Under the pieces are notes generated by a model. That model worked only from the letters and a program-made list of their open reading frames with translations. It made no database searches and was not told where the DNA came from. From contig CAZSNT010000022.1 in the NCBI GenBank assembly GCA_964607765.1, forward strand, positions 12,189 to 76,188: a stretch of DNA of 64,000 nt. Reading direction: 5' to 3'. Origin of the DNA: an uncultured Victivallales bacterium (GTDB lineage: Bacteria > Verrucomicrobiota > Lentisphaeria > Oligosphaerales > JABHEG01). Each line of letters opens with the position of its first letter. Position 1 is the first letter of the stretch. Shown one piece after another: positions 18,727-27,313 of this stretch. The position numbers and the translations under genes are program-made.

Positions 18727-19734
18727 CTACCGAAACCAGCCGCGTCTCCTACGCCGGCGCCGGCGCCGGCCCGGGTCGTCGTCATCGTCGTCATCATCGT
18801 CGTCATCATCGTCGTCATCGTCGTCGTCATCGTCGTCCCCGGGATTGTCCCCGTCTTCCGTCCCGTCGCCTCCGGGCAGTTGGTTGACCTCGCGCCGCGT
18901 GGTCTCGTTCTCGACCGTGCCGCTTGCCTGCGTGAACAGGCCGGAGTTCGTTGCCGTGGCTCCGGTCAACGCCACGGCGCCGCTGCCTACGCGCAACTCG
19001 GTCTGGGCGTGCGTGTCGTTCACGCTCGTGTCGACAATGAACTGTGTGCCCACAACACCGGCGATGGCCGCGGGGGTCACCACCTCGAACTTGGACTTCG
19101 GCGTGCGGTTCGAGGGCACGCTCACGTTGATGCTGGTGGCGCCGTAGTCCTCGAACACGCGGATGATCGAGTACAAACGCCCGTCCATGGAACGGATGGA
19201 CGTCAGGACCATCGCCCGGCCCGACAGGCTCGCCGTGGAGCCGTCCTCAAACGTGAGAACGCCGCCCGTTACCTCGTCGCCCGGATTTACGGGCTTGCCG
19301 TCGTGCAGGATCACACCGTTGTGGAACGCTCGCGTGCCCCTGCCCGGCGCGAAATTCACCACTTGATGGTGTGGACAGCCGGCAAAGTAGCTGTCGAGCT
19401 GCGCATGCTCGTCCTGTTCTTCACCCATGGCCCTGGGCACGTAGTACATCTCGTAGTTGTTCCCCGTGGTGGGGCAGTACCAGCTGTCCTTCTCTCCCCC
19501 GTGGTACTTGGCCAAAGCGGTCTGAAGCCCCTCGTGCGCGGGATAGCTCTGGTTGTCGTTGTAGAACAACTGAACGGCCATGGAGATGCCGCGAATGTTG
19601 TTGATACACTCCGCCTGGGCGGCACGCTCGGAAGCCTTGCGGATCACTGGTACCACCAGCGCCATGAGCACAAAGACCATGCTCAGTGCTACAAGCAGTT
19701 CGGTGAGACTGAAGACGTTCTGTTTGCTTCTCAT
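18727..19734 (-). CDS. Pseudopilin-like protein (prepilin-type N-terminal helix) fused to a FecR-like domain, with Asp21-Pro-Gly-Arg9 C-terminal tail
   Basis: N-terminus NVFSLTELLVALSMVFVLMALVVP. Central/C-terminal TPAAIAGVVGTQFIV resembles FecR-domain strands. The tail is read directly. Confidence 0.8.
   Translation of the reverse strand: MRSKQNVFSLTELLVALSMVFVLMALVVPVIRKASERAAQAECINNIRGISMAVQLFYNDNQSYPAHEGLQTALAKYHGGEKDSWYCPTTGNNYEMYYVPRAMGEEQDEHAQLDSYFAGCPHHQVVNFAPGRGTRAFHNGVILHDGKPVNPGDEVTGGVLTFEDGSTASLSGRAMVLTSIRSMDGRLYSIIRVFEDYGATSINVSVPSNRTPKSKFEVVTPAAIAGVVGTQFIVDTSVNDTHAQTELRVGSGAVALTGATATNSGLFTQASGTVENETTRREVNQLPGGDGTEDGDNPGDDDDDDDDDDDDDDDDDDDDDPGRRRRRRRRRGWFR
18742..18837 (-). repeat. 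Coding homopolymer tracts: 21 Asp codons (18775-18837) and 9 Arg codons (18742-18768)
   Basis: Counted codon by codon: 14 GAC + 7 GAT, and Arg encoded by 5 different codons. Confidence 0.95.
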
Positions 19735-19988
19735 TCTGGTGCTCCCGTGGGACCGTCCCGAAACTGCAGCTCAACGCTGGCAAACGTTGCTGAGTTCGTT
19801 CAGATCTGACCTCTCCTTTGGACCGTTCTCACTTTCGCAAACAACACGGCTCAGTCACTCTCAGGCTCCTCGGCGTTGATAGCTTAGCATATTCGATGCC
19901 AGAACGTTGTCCGAGCTCAGGCACCATGGTCCCGGTGTGCCGGCTTTCGCAAAACTGAACACTTGCGTCGACGTTATCGTCCGCCTTC

Positions 19989-20017
19989 TTGACAACGCCT
20001 CTGAACCGGTGTACTTA
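19989..20017 (+). promoter_or_regulatory. Candidate sigma-70 promoter for the CHASE2 kinase gene
   Basis: TTGACA, 17 nt spacer, TACTTA, about 115 nt upstream of ATG 20133. Confidence 0.3.
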
Positions 20018-20132
20018 CACCTGCACCCCGTCCGCCTCCGCCCCGGGGGGGCCGGACCGGGTTGCCCGCCCGGGGCGGCCCGCTCGCTCAGGGCGTCCGA
20101 GGTCGGCCAAACAGTTGGAGGCCCCCGTCCGC

Positions 20133-22592
20133 ATGTCAGGCACCAAGCTGATTCCCGCAAGCACTCGTCTGCCGCTGCTCATGGCAGCACTAGTTGTGAC
20201 CCTGTTCACGATTCGGGCTTTCGAGCCGCTCGAGACCATGGCGCAGGACGTGCGCTTCATGTTGCGCGGCTACGACACCGCGACGGAGTCGGACGTCGTG
20301 GTCGTGGGCATCACAAGCCAGTGCATCGACAAGCTTGGGGAGCCGCCCTGGCCGCGGTCGCACTACGCCAAGGCCATTGACACCCTGGTCGCAGCAGACG
20401 TGGCAGTGATCGCTCTGGACGTCTGCTTCCAATCCCAAAGGGACAAGGAGAAGCAGAGCGACGCACAGTTCGTGGACGCCGTACGGCGCGCGGGTAACGT
20501 CGTGCTGCCCGTGTTCTGTCCTGTGGCGCTGAGGAGTTTCGGCACGGGCGGGATTCGCCGAGTCGATGATCTGACGGAGAATTTTCCTGCGCTGAGCCGG
20601 GCGGCGGCAGGCCTGGGTCACATCAACCTGCCGCCGAGCCTGGACAGCCGTCGCCGGTTCGCGCCCTGGGGTATCGAGCACAACGATAGGGTCTACCTCA
20701 ATCTCGGGCTGGAGAGCGCCTTCAAGTACTTGGAAGTCAAGGCCAAACAGGGCCGCACTTTCGACGTGCCGCCAGCGGATCAGGTCCGCTCCATTCCGGT
20801 GAACGACGAGGGCGAATTCGTCATCAACTACATGGGCCAGCATGCGACGCTCGATCTGTTCCCGTTCCATTGGCTGCTGCAGGGCAGGCTGCCTGCCGAC
20901 CTCATCAGGGGCAAGCTCGTGCTCATCGGGCAGACGGCTCTGGGACGCAAGAACGCCGATCTCATCCCCACGCCGTTGGGCGAGATGTACGGCGTGTTCG
21001 CCCAAGCTGCCATCATGGACAATGTGCTGAGCAGGCGCTTCCTGGTCCGTCAGGGCTACGTGAGCGCACTGATCATGATCCTGCTGCTGTCCCTGGTCAG
21101 CGGGGTTGCCTTCCGGCGCCTGTCATGGGGCCTGACGCTGGTGGGCGGCGCGCTGTCCATGTTCCTGGTGGCCTTCGCTGCGTTCTTCGCGTTCAACCGG
21201 TTCGGCCACTCTGTCGAGGTCGTGCCGTGCCTGGCTGTGCTGGCTGGTAATTTCCTGGCGGCCCTGGTGATGAACCTGCACGAATCGTGGCAGACCGTCG
21301 AGCACCAGGAGATGGAGCTGGGACACATTCTGCATTCCAGTCAGATGGCTACCGAGCGTGTGGCTGCGCGTAACGCGCCGCAGATGCTGATCAGTCTGAT
21401 AGGGCAGACAATCGGCTGCGAATTTGCCACGCTGTGCCTGCGCAAACGCGACGGAAGTTGGTCGTGGACCGATCCGCAGCGACGCTCGGCCGGTGAGGAC
21501 GAACTCACCCCGGCTCGCGTGCGGGAGTTCGAGGAGGAAGCCAACGTCTGGCTCGGCAAAGAGTCTGCTCCGTACCTTACGTATCACCTGAGCAAAGACG
21601 CTCGGTTCCCTGCAACCGACTTGCCGGCCGCCTCCTTCCTCAGTGTGCCGCTCGTGGTGCAGGAGTCGCCCATCGGCCACGTCAATCTCTACAACAAGAC
21701 CCCGTCCCTGGTGTCGCCGACAGGCGAGTACACCGAGGACGACCTGCGCCTGGTCGCCGTGCTCTGCCAACAGGCCGCGTTGCTGCTGGATAATTCGATG
21801 CTCGTCGAGGACCTGGAGGGACGCAATGCCGAGCTGCGGCAGGCAATGATCCAGCTTCGGGAAGCGCAGGATGAGCTCGTGCGCCGCGAGAAGCTCTCCA
21901 CGGTGGGGAAGATGGCGTCGATGATCATCCACGATATCCGCGGCCCGTTGACGGCATTGATGGGATTCGGCGAGCTGATGAAAGGCCGAGACATGCCCGA
22001 GGAAGAAGCCACGGAATACGGCGAGATCATCGTGCAGGAGACGGATCGGGTCAACCGCATGATACAGGAGATTCTCGACTTCACGCGCGGCACGAAAAGC
22101 CTCAAAGTCGAACAGCTCGACGGCTCCGTGCTGTTGGCGGAACTGGTCCGGCGCCTCAACGACGAGTTCCGTGGGCAGGAGATTCAGCTGGTGACCAAAA
22201 TCCCGGGAGAGACCTCTTTCCGAGGCGACCGGGAGAAGATGCTGCGAGTGCTGCTGAACTTGTGCCGGAACGCCGCCGAAGCCATGAACGGGCGCGGCAG
22301 TATCGAGGTCGCGTACCAGGACTGTGAGGATGGCGTCAAGTTCGTCGTGAGAGACGACGGGCCCGGCGTTCCGGAGAGCATTCGGGACAAGCTCTTCGAT
22401 CCCTTCGTCACGGCCGGGAAGAAGAAAGGTACGGGGCTCGGCCTCGCTATCGTGCAGAAAATCGTGCACGACCACGATGGTGACATCACCGTGTCGAGTG
22501 AGTCGGACAGCGGTACCACATTCACCGTCCAGCTTCCGACCGAAGGCACCCGCGACGCTGCCGCTGCGGCAGCCGCGGCCAGTCAGGAGTAG
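20133..22592 (+). CDS. CHASE2 - TM - GAF - HisKA - HATPase sensor histidine kinase
   Basis: CHASE2-like N-terminal region (VVVVGI...PWPRSHYAKAIDTLVAADVAVIALDV), three or more TM helices, H-box HDIRGPLTAL, and G-box GTGLGLAIV. ATG at 20133. Confidence 0.85.
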   Translation: MSGTKLIPASTRLPLLMAALVVTLFTIRAFEPLETMAQDVRFMLRGYDTATESDVVVVGITSQCIDKLGEPPWPRSHYAKAIDTLVAADVAVIALDVCFQSQRDKEKQSDAQFVDAVRRAGNVVLPVFCPVALRSFGTGGIRRVDDLTENFPALSRAAAGLGHINLPPSLDSRRRFAPWGIEHNDRVYLNLGLESAFKYLEVKAKQGRTFDVPPADQVRSIPVNDEGEFVINYMGQHATLDLFPFHWLLQGRLPADLIRGKLVLIGQTALGRKNADLIPTPLGEMYGVFAQAAIMDNVLSRRFLVRQGYVSALIMILLLSLVSGVAFRRLSWGLTLVGGALSMFLVAFAAFFAFNRFGHSVEVVPCLAVLAGNFLAALVMNLHESWQTVEHQEMELGHILHSSQMATERVAARNAPQMLISLIGQTIGCEFATLCLRKRDGSWSWTDPQRRSAGEDELTPARVREFEEEANVWLGKESAPYLTYHLSKDARFPATDLPAASFLSVPLVVQESPIGHVNLYNKTPSLVSPTGEYTEDDLRLVAVLCQQAALLLDNSMLVEDLEGRNAELRQAMIQLREAQDELVRREKLSTVGKMASMIIHDIRGPLTALMGFGELMKGRDMPEEEATEYGEIIVQETDRVNRMIQEILDFTRGTKSLKVEQLDGSVLLAELVRRLNDEFRGQEIQLVTKIPGETSFRGDREKMLRVLLNLCRNAAEAMNGRGSIEVAYQDCEDGVKFVVRDDGPGVPESIRDKLFDPFVTAGKKKGTGLGLAIVQKIVHDHDGDITVSSESDSGTTFTVQLPTEGTRDAAAAAAAASQE

Positions 22593-22600
22593 GCGAGACA

Positions 22601-23392
22601 ATGCAGGTGGGAATCAGTCAGTTGATCGCCGGGCAGATGCCCATGGCGGAGTTCTTCGCGGCGGCGGCGGCGGCGGGGTACGAGGCGGTGGAAGTGGCCA
22701 TGCGCCGCGAGGGACAACTCACCCCGCAGACGACGGCGGCGGAGCAGGCGCGGATCGTTGAGCTTGCTGCCGAGCACGGCCTGGACCTCGTGTCCATGAC
22801 ACACGGCCAGTGCACCGGCAATCTGCTGGCCGCGGGCGAGGAGCAGCAGCGCAGCATCGAACAGACCAAGCAGGGGCTGCGCATCGCAGCAGGGCTGGGG
22901 ATCACGTGTACGCTGCACACGCTCGGGCGCGTGTCTCCGGACCTGTTCTACGACGAGGCGTATCGCAACGGTATCGCCGCGCTCCGGAACATCGCGCAGA
23001 CTGCCGAGGAGCTGGGAGTCTGCGTCGCCGTGGAGTTCGTCTGGAACGGGTTCCTCTTCAGCCCCCTGGAAATGTGCAGTTTCCTCGATGCCGTCGGCAG
23101 TGACTACGTTGGATTCTACTTCGATCCCGGCAACATGGCTGTGTTCCAGCTGCCGCAGCACTGGGCGCGCATCACGGGCCGGCACATCAAGCGCGTGCAT
23201 CTCAAGGACTGGCAGGGCCGGGCCCTTAACGGGGCCTGGACAGCGCTGCTGGAAGGCGCGGTTGACTTCCCGGCCGTGATGCGCGAACTGCGCGCCGCGG
23301 GCTATGCCGGCCCCCTGATCAGCGAGGTCTCGCCGTCACTCGCTGCATTGCCGGACACGGCCGCGGCCATACGTCAGATCAGGGAAATGTGA
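22601..23392 (+). CDS. Sugar phosphate isomerase/epimerase (xylose isomerase-like TIM barrel)
   Basis: Family-typical pattern VAVEFVWN...FYFDPGNM...HLKD. Confidence 0.8.
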   Translation: MQVGISQLIAGQMPMAEFFAAAAAAGYEAVEVAMRREGQLTPQTTAAEQARIVELAAEHGLDLVSMTHGQCTGNLLAAGEEQQRSIEQTKQGLRIAAGLGITCTLHTLGRVSPDLFYDEAYRNGIAALRNIAQTAEELGVCVAVEFVWNGFLFSPLEMCSFLDAVGSDYVGFYFDPGNMAVFQLPQHWARITGRHIKRVHLKDWQGRALNGAWTALLEGAVDFPAVMRELRAAGYAGPLISEVSPSLAALPDTAAAIRQIREM

Positions 23393-23398
23393 GGCCCG

Positions 23399-23791
23399 TC
23401 AGGGGGAGGGGTTGCCCAGGCGCTGTTCCCAGTCGTAGTCGCGCGAAGTAACGATCGTTTCGATCCGCTCCACCCGCCGCCGCAGATCCTCGAACGTGCG
23501 CCGCAGTCGCCGCAGCGCGAGCGCGCGGCTCTGCACATACGACTCGTAGAACTCCGCTTCCGCATCGGACCGCAGGGGCACGACAGGCTCCGGCTTCAGA
23601 ACGAACGCGGCTACGATGTAGATGATCACCACGGGCCAGCCCGTGGTCAGGATGAACGTGATGATCGCCAGCAGGCGCCACCACAGGACACCGACCCCGA
23701 AGTAGTCGGCCAAACCCCGGCAAACGCCCAGGAACAGGCCGCGACGCGAACGGTAGAGTCTTGCCCTGATCGGGCTGCTATTGCGGTCCAT
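23399..23791 (-). CDS. pspC: Envelope stress response membrane protein PspC
   Basis: LYRSRRGLFLGVCRGLADYFG PspC domain followed by a TM helix and a C-terminal coiled region. It follows pspB. Confidence 0.85.
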   Translation of the reverse strand: MDRNSSPIRARLYRSRRGLFLGVCRGLADYFGVGVLWWRLLAIITFILTTGWPVVIIYIVAAFVLKPEPVVPLRSDAEAEFYESYVQSRALALRRLRRTFEDLRRRVERIETIVTSRDYDWEQRLGNPSP

Positions 23792-24044
23792 GCTGCGTAT
23801 CCTCCGTCCTGCCCTTGACATCCAGCAGTAGCGTCTCCAACGCCTCCACGCGCGATCCCAACTTCGCCACCTCGGCATACATCTCCTGGATCATGCGCGC
23901 CTCTTCCCGGCGCGATTCGGCGCCGCTGCCCCCACCCCCGCGCAACAGCATGGCCAGAAGAACGGTCAGGCCGACGGCGAGTAGAATGACAAAAGGAATC
24001 GCCAACAACAGCAGCATCCCGTAACTCATCGCGTTATATCCCAT
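23778..24044 (-). CDS. pspB: Phage shock protein B
   Basis: Single N-terminal TM helix followed by a charged helix (EEARMIQEMYAEVAKLGSRVEALETLL). Position is between pspA and pspC. The start could also be the internal ATG at 24029. Confidence 0.75.
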   Translation of the reverse strand: MGYNAMSYGMLLLLAIPFVILLAVGLTVLLAMLLRGGGGSGAESRREEARMIQEMYAEVAKLGSRVEALETLLLDVKGRTEDTQHGPQ

Positions 24045-24107
24045 CCCTGTCTGCCTTCATCAGCTGGAGAGCGTTCGTAAGGGGCGGCCGCAGTCACCCG
24101 GGCCCCG

Positions 24108-24124
24108 GTTCCCGCTACTCGCTA
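24108..24124 (-). repeat. GAGTAGC x2 heptamer mini-array overlapping the pspA stop codon
   Basis: The minus strand reads GGC GAG TAG CGAGTAGCGGG. It is the same unit as the arrays at 28910 and 39097. Confidence 0.8.
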
Positions 24125-24802
24125 CTCGCCGGCGTGCGGCTTGCCGCCAGCCCGCTGTTTCATCTCTTCGAGCTCACGCTCAATATCCTCGTCACCGGTC
24201 AGTTCGGCAAACGCTTCGTCCAGGGCGCTGCCGCGTCGGCTGTCGTTCACCAACTCCGCAGCAGCCTCCATGCGCTCGATTCGCCCCTCGAACTGCTCGA
24301 ACCGTACCCACGCATCACTCGTGTCGGCGCGGCGGATGCCCTGCTGCGCCTGACGCTTGCGTTGCGCATGAATGTGGCGTCGCACCAGCACACGGTGCTT
24401 CTCACGTGCCGAGCTCAGCTTGTCCTCCAACTGATCGATGTCGCGGCGGTGCTGCTCGATCAGCTCCTGACACTCGGCCGCCTCCCGCTCGAGCGCATCG
24501 ACCCGATCAGTGCACTGTCGCTTGCGCAACAAGGCCTCCCGCGTCAGGCCCTCACACCCTTTGCTCAACGCCAACTCGGCGCGCTCGGACCAGAGCGTGA
24601 CGTTCTGTCCGGCCGCTTCCAGCTCACGCTCGATCTTCTTCCGTGTCGCCATTGTCCCGGCGCAGGACGCTTTGATCTCGACCAGCGTGTCCTCCATCTC
24701 CTGGATCATCAGCTTGATGAGCTTCTCCGGATCCTCCGCCTTCTCCAGCATCGCATTGATGTTCGAGCTCACAATGTCACGCAATCGTGTGAAAATGCCC
24801 AT
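24122..24802 (-). CDS. pspA: Phage shock protein A (PspA/IM30 family)
   Basis: MGIFTRLRDIVSSNINAMLEKAEDPEKLIKLMIQEMEDTL is a canonical PspA N-terminus. The start is taken at 24802. Confidence 0.92.
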   Translation of the reverse strand: MGIFTRLRDIVSSNINAMLEKAEDPEKLIKLMIQEMEDTLVEIKASCAGTMATRKKIERELEAAGQNVTLWSERAELALSKGCEGLTREALLRKRQCTDRVDALEREAAECQELIEQHRRDIDQLEDKLSSAREKHRVLVRRHIHAQRKRQAQQGIRRADTSDAWVRFEQFEGRIERMEAAAELVNDSRRGSALDEAFAELTGDEDIERELEEMKQRAGGKPHAGE

Positions 24803-24881
24803 GATAGTGCCTCGCTTCTCATCGCCCGGTGGGCGTCTGCGCCGACTCACGTCCGGCTCCTGCTCGATTCGCCAACCCCAA

Positions 24882-24897
24882 TGCACACTTCAAGCCA
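24882..24897 (-). promoter_or_regulatory. Candidate sigma-54 (-24/-12) promoter for pspABC
   Basis: The minus strand reads TGGCTTGAAGTGTGCA: GG and GC with the canonical 10-nt separation. It lies about 80 nt upstream of the pspA ATG and is divergent from pspF. Confidence 0.55.
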
Positions 24898-25100
24898 AAC
24901 AGGGACAGCCGTGCTCTAGGTTCGTGAAAATCAACTCATTAGGAGCCCCGCCCCGCCTTCTCCATGGCACAGGCGAGGTGGTCAAAAAGGCCGTAAGGTG
25001 GCTGAAGAAGCTAGGAGATGGTATAGTAAGCCTGCCGGGCGGCGGCGGTTCTCTGCAACCGGTCAGGAATGGCCGCCCGTCGGAGAAGGAGACGATCCTG

Positions 25101-26147
25101 ATGCCGTCCCATGCGGTCGAAGCTCTGGGCGAGTCGGATGCGTTTGTGGCATTCAATGAGGCCGTGTCACGGGTCGCCAAAGTGGAACGGCCCGTACTCA
25201 TCGTCGGCGAACGCGGCACGGGCAAGGAACTCGCCGCCAGACGCCTGCACTTTCTCTCGAACCGTTGGGATGGGCCGCTGGTCGCCCTGAACTGTGCGTC
25301 GTTGCCGGAGTCACTGATCGAGGATGAGCTGTTCGGCCATGAGGCGGGCGCGTTCACCGGGGCCGTCGGCCCGCGGGCGGGCCGCTTCGAGGCGGCTGAC
25401 CGAGGGACCTGCTTCCTGGACGAGATCGGCAACATCCCCGTTGAAACGCAGGAGAAGATCCTGCGTGTGGTGGAGTACGGCACATTCGAGCGTCTGGGCA
25501 GTTCAGAGGCGATCCAGGTTGACGTACGCATTGTGGCGGCAACCAACGCGAACTTGGTCGAACTGGTGACGGCAGGCCGTTTCAAAGCGGACCTGCTGGA
25601 CAGGCTCTCGTTCGAAGTCCTGCACGTGCCGCCGTTGCGGGAGCGCCACAGCGACGTGGTGCTGTTGAGCAATCACTTCGCCGTGCGCATGGCGCACGAG
25701 CTCGGCCGGCGACAACTGCCCGAGTTCGCCGGTCGCGCCTTGACCAAGCTCACGTCCTACGAGTGGCCCGGCAACATTCGGGAGCTGAAGAACGTGGTGG
25801 AGCGTGCCGTGTATCGGTCTGACGGCCCTCGGATCGGGCCGGATGCCATCGACTTCGATCCGTTTCGCCAGGACACGGCCGGCGTTGAGGAACGGGCCGC
25901 GGTCAAAGCGCCGGACCTTGGCGCTGCCACGGTTGCCGCCGAGGCGGCCCAATCCCCACTGCCGGCCGCGCTGATGACCAGACCGTTGAAGGAGGCGCTG
26001 CGGGAACTCGAGCGGGTCAGGCTCCGTCGCGCACTGCAGCAGAACCGCTACAACCAGCGCCGCAGCGCCGCCGCCTTGGGGCTCAGCTACGACCAGTTCC
26101 GCGGCATCTACCGCAAGCACCGGAGCAGCCTCGATCCGGCAGGTTAA
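25101..26147 (+). CDS. pspF: Sigma-54-dependent transcriptional activator PspF (AAA+ and C-terminal HTH, no receiver domain)
   Basis: LIVGERGTGKELAARRLH Walker A, GAFTGA loop and a C-terminal Fis-type HTH. ATG 25101 is preceded by GGAGAAGGAG. The track ORF's upstream 197 codons are antisense to pspA. Confidence 0.9.
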   Translation: MPSHAVEALGESDAFVAFNEAVSRVAKVERPVLIVGERGTGKELAARRLHFLSNRWDGPLVALNCASLPESLIEDELFGHEAGAFTGAVGPRAGRFEAADRGTCFLDEIGNIPVETQEKILRVVEYGTFERLGSSEAIQVDVRIVAATNANLVELVTAGRFKADLLDRLSFEVLHVPPLRERHSDVVLLSNHFAVRMAHELGRRQLPEFAGRALTKLTSYEWPGNIRELKNVVERAVYRSDGPRIGPDAIDFDPFRQDTAGVEERAAVKAPDLGAATVAAEAAQSPLPAALMTRPLKEALRELERVRLRRALQQNRYNQRRSAAALGLSYDQFRGIYRKHRSSLDPAG

Positions 26148-26270
26148 GTCAGGCACCCGCCCTCGCCCGCCCATCTGCCGGCCCACAATCCCCTTCGTCC
26201 TCCTCTTCGTCCTCGCCAGGAAATCGCAGCGTGGACAGCGCCGGTCGAGCAGGGCAACCCGGCGTCCCGT

Positions 26271-27044
26271 CTACCGTGTCGGAAATGTGCCCTGGAGCGC
26301 GTCCTGGACAATCTTCTTGACGACCGGAGAGAAGTCCTTGTTCAGCATCCACTTCAGGTAGCCCGCCTCGCGCGCGGCCAACTCGCGCAGAGGAATGCCG
26401 GACTTCTGTCCGAATGCGATCACCACCTCACCCGCGCGCCAGCGCAGCTTGCCTTCGTCGTCCACCTGGTCCGGGTCCCGCGGGTTGCAGATGTCGTGCA
26501 GGCCGTCGACCGTTCGCGGCAGGTCGGCGTAGCGTTGACACTGGCCCAGCAGCACTTGCCAGGTCGCTTCGCAGTCGGCCGCGGCACCGTGCGCTCCCAC
26601 GTGCTCCTCACCGCAGTAGAACATGAGGGCTGCGGACAGGTTGCGCGGTTCGCGCATGTGGAAGATGCGCTGTGCGTCTACTACCTGCACATCCGCCCAG
26701 TCCAGCTCTGCTCCGGCTCGAGCCAGTTCGGCCTTGAGCAGGGGAATGTCGAAACGGATGAGCGAGAACCCGGCCAGATCGGCGCCGGTCAGGAAGCACA
26801 CGACCTGCTCGGCTACCGCTTTGAACGGAGGGCAGTCGGCAACGTCCGCATCAGTGATGCCGTGCACGGCTGTGGCTTCGGGGGGAATGGGCCGTTGCGG
26901 GTGCACGCGCAGGTTCAGCTCTTCGCGGCGTCCGGTCGGGTGCACTTTGAGCGCCCCAAACTCCACAATGCGGTCGAACCGGGGATTGATTCCGGTAGTC
27001 TCCAGGTCGAACACGATCAACGGCCGTTGCAGTTGCAGAATCAT
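26271..27044 (-). CDS. DEDDh 3'-5' exonuclease (DnaQ/epsilon-like) domain protein
   Basis: VFDLETTG, HGITD and H-x4-D motifs. The start is taken at MILQLQRP (27044). Confidence 0.8.
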   Translation of the reverse strand: MILQLQRPLIVFDLETTGINPRFDRIVEFGALKVHPTGRREELNLRVHPQRPIPPEATAVHGITDADVADCPPFKAVAEQVVCFLTGADLAGFSLIRFDIPLLKAELARAGAELDWADVQVVDAQRIFHMREPRNLSAALMFYCGEEHVGAHGAAADCEATWQVLLGQCQRYADLPRTVDGLHDICNPRDPDQVDDEGKLRWRAGEVVIAFGQKSGIPLRELAAREAGYLKWMLNKDFSPVVKKIVQDALQGTFPTR

Positions 27045-27313
27045 CTGGTTCCTCTGTCCGGGTGTTCTTGTGTCGTTCGCGGCTGCGCCGTCCGTGATGC
27101 GGCGGCGGACATGGGTTGGAGGGGAGAACGGCGGCTGTCCGGCGGTCCGGTCCACGCGTCTCACCGTAGCGTGCGGTTGCTGCGAAGGCAAGGGAGATTT
27201 CCTGGCATCTTAGGCGACTTTGGGTTTGGAACACGCGAAACCGCCGCTAAGGTATGCGGTGTCGATATGTGTTGATGTGTGCAGTGATGTGTACCAGCAG
27301 GAGGGTAACACTG

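Noticed and set aside
18662-19147. A plus-strand ORF encoding a poly-Ser run (also a His/Arg-rich ORF at 18699-18887).
   Set aside because: These are alternative-frame or opposite-strand readings of the (GAY)21 tract of the pseudopilin gene. The minus-strand gene has a coherent pilin N-terminus and domain structure.
19778-19790. TGGCAAACGTTGC looks like a sigma-54 -24/-12 element in the pilin/kinase divergent region.
   Set aside because: The GG-to-GC spacing is two nt too short relative to the canonical TGGCAC-N5-TTGC. It also lies about 350 nt from the kinase start.
27045-27313. Possible cobalamin riboswitch in the 270-nt region upstream of the corrinoid protein gene.
   Set aside because: I could not find a B12-box (GCCACTG-like) or the conserved GGGAA/CCC pairing pattern on the plus strand. 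The region is also a divergent promoter region. An Rfam scan would settle it.
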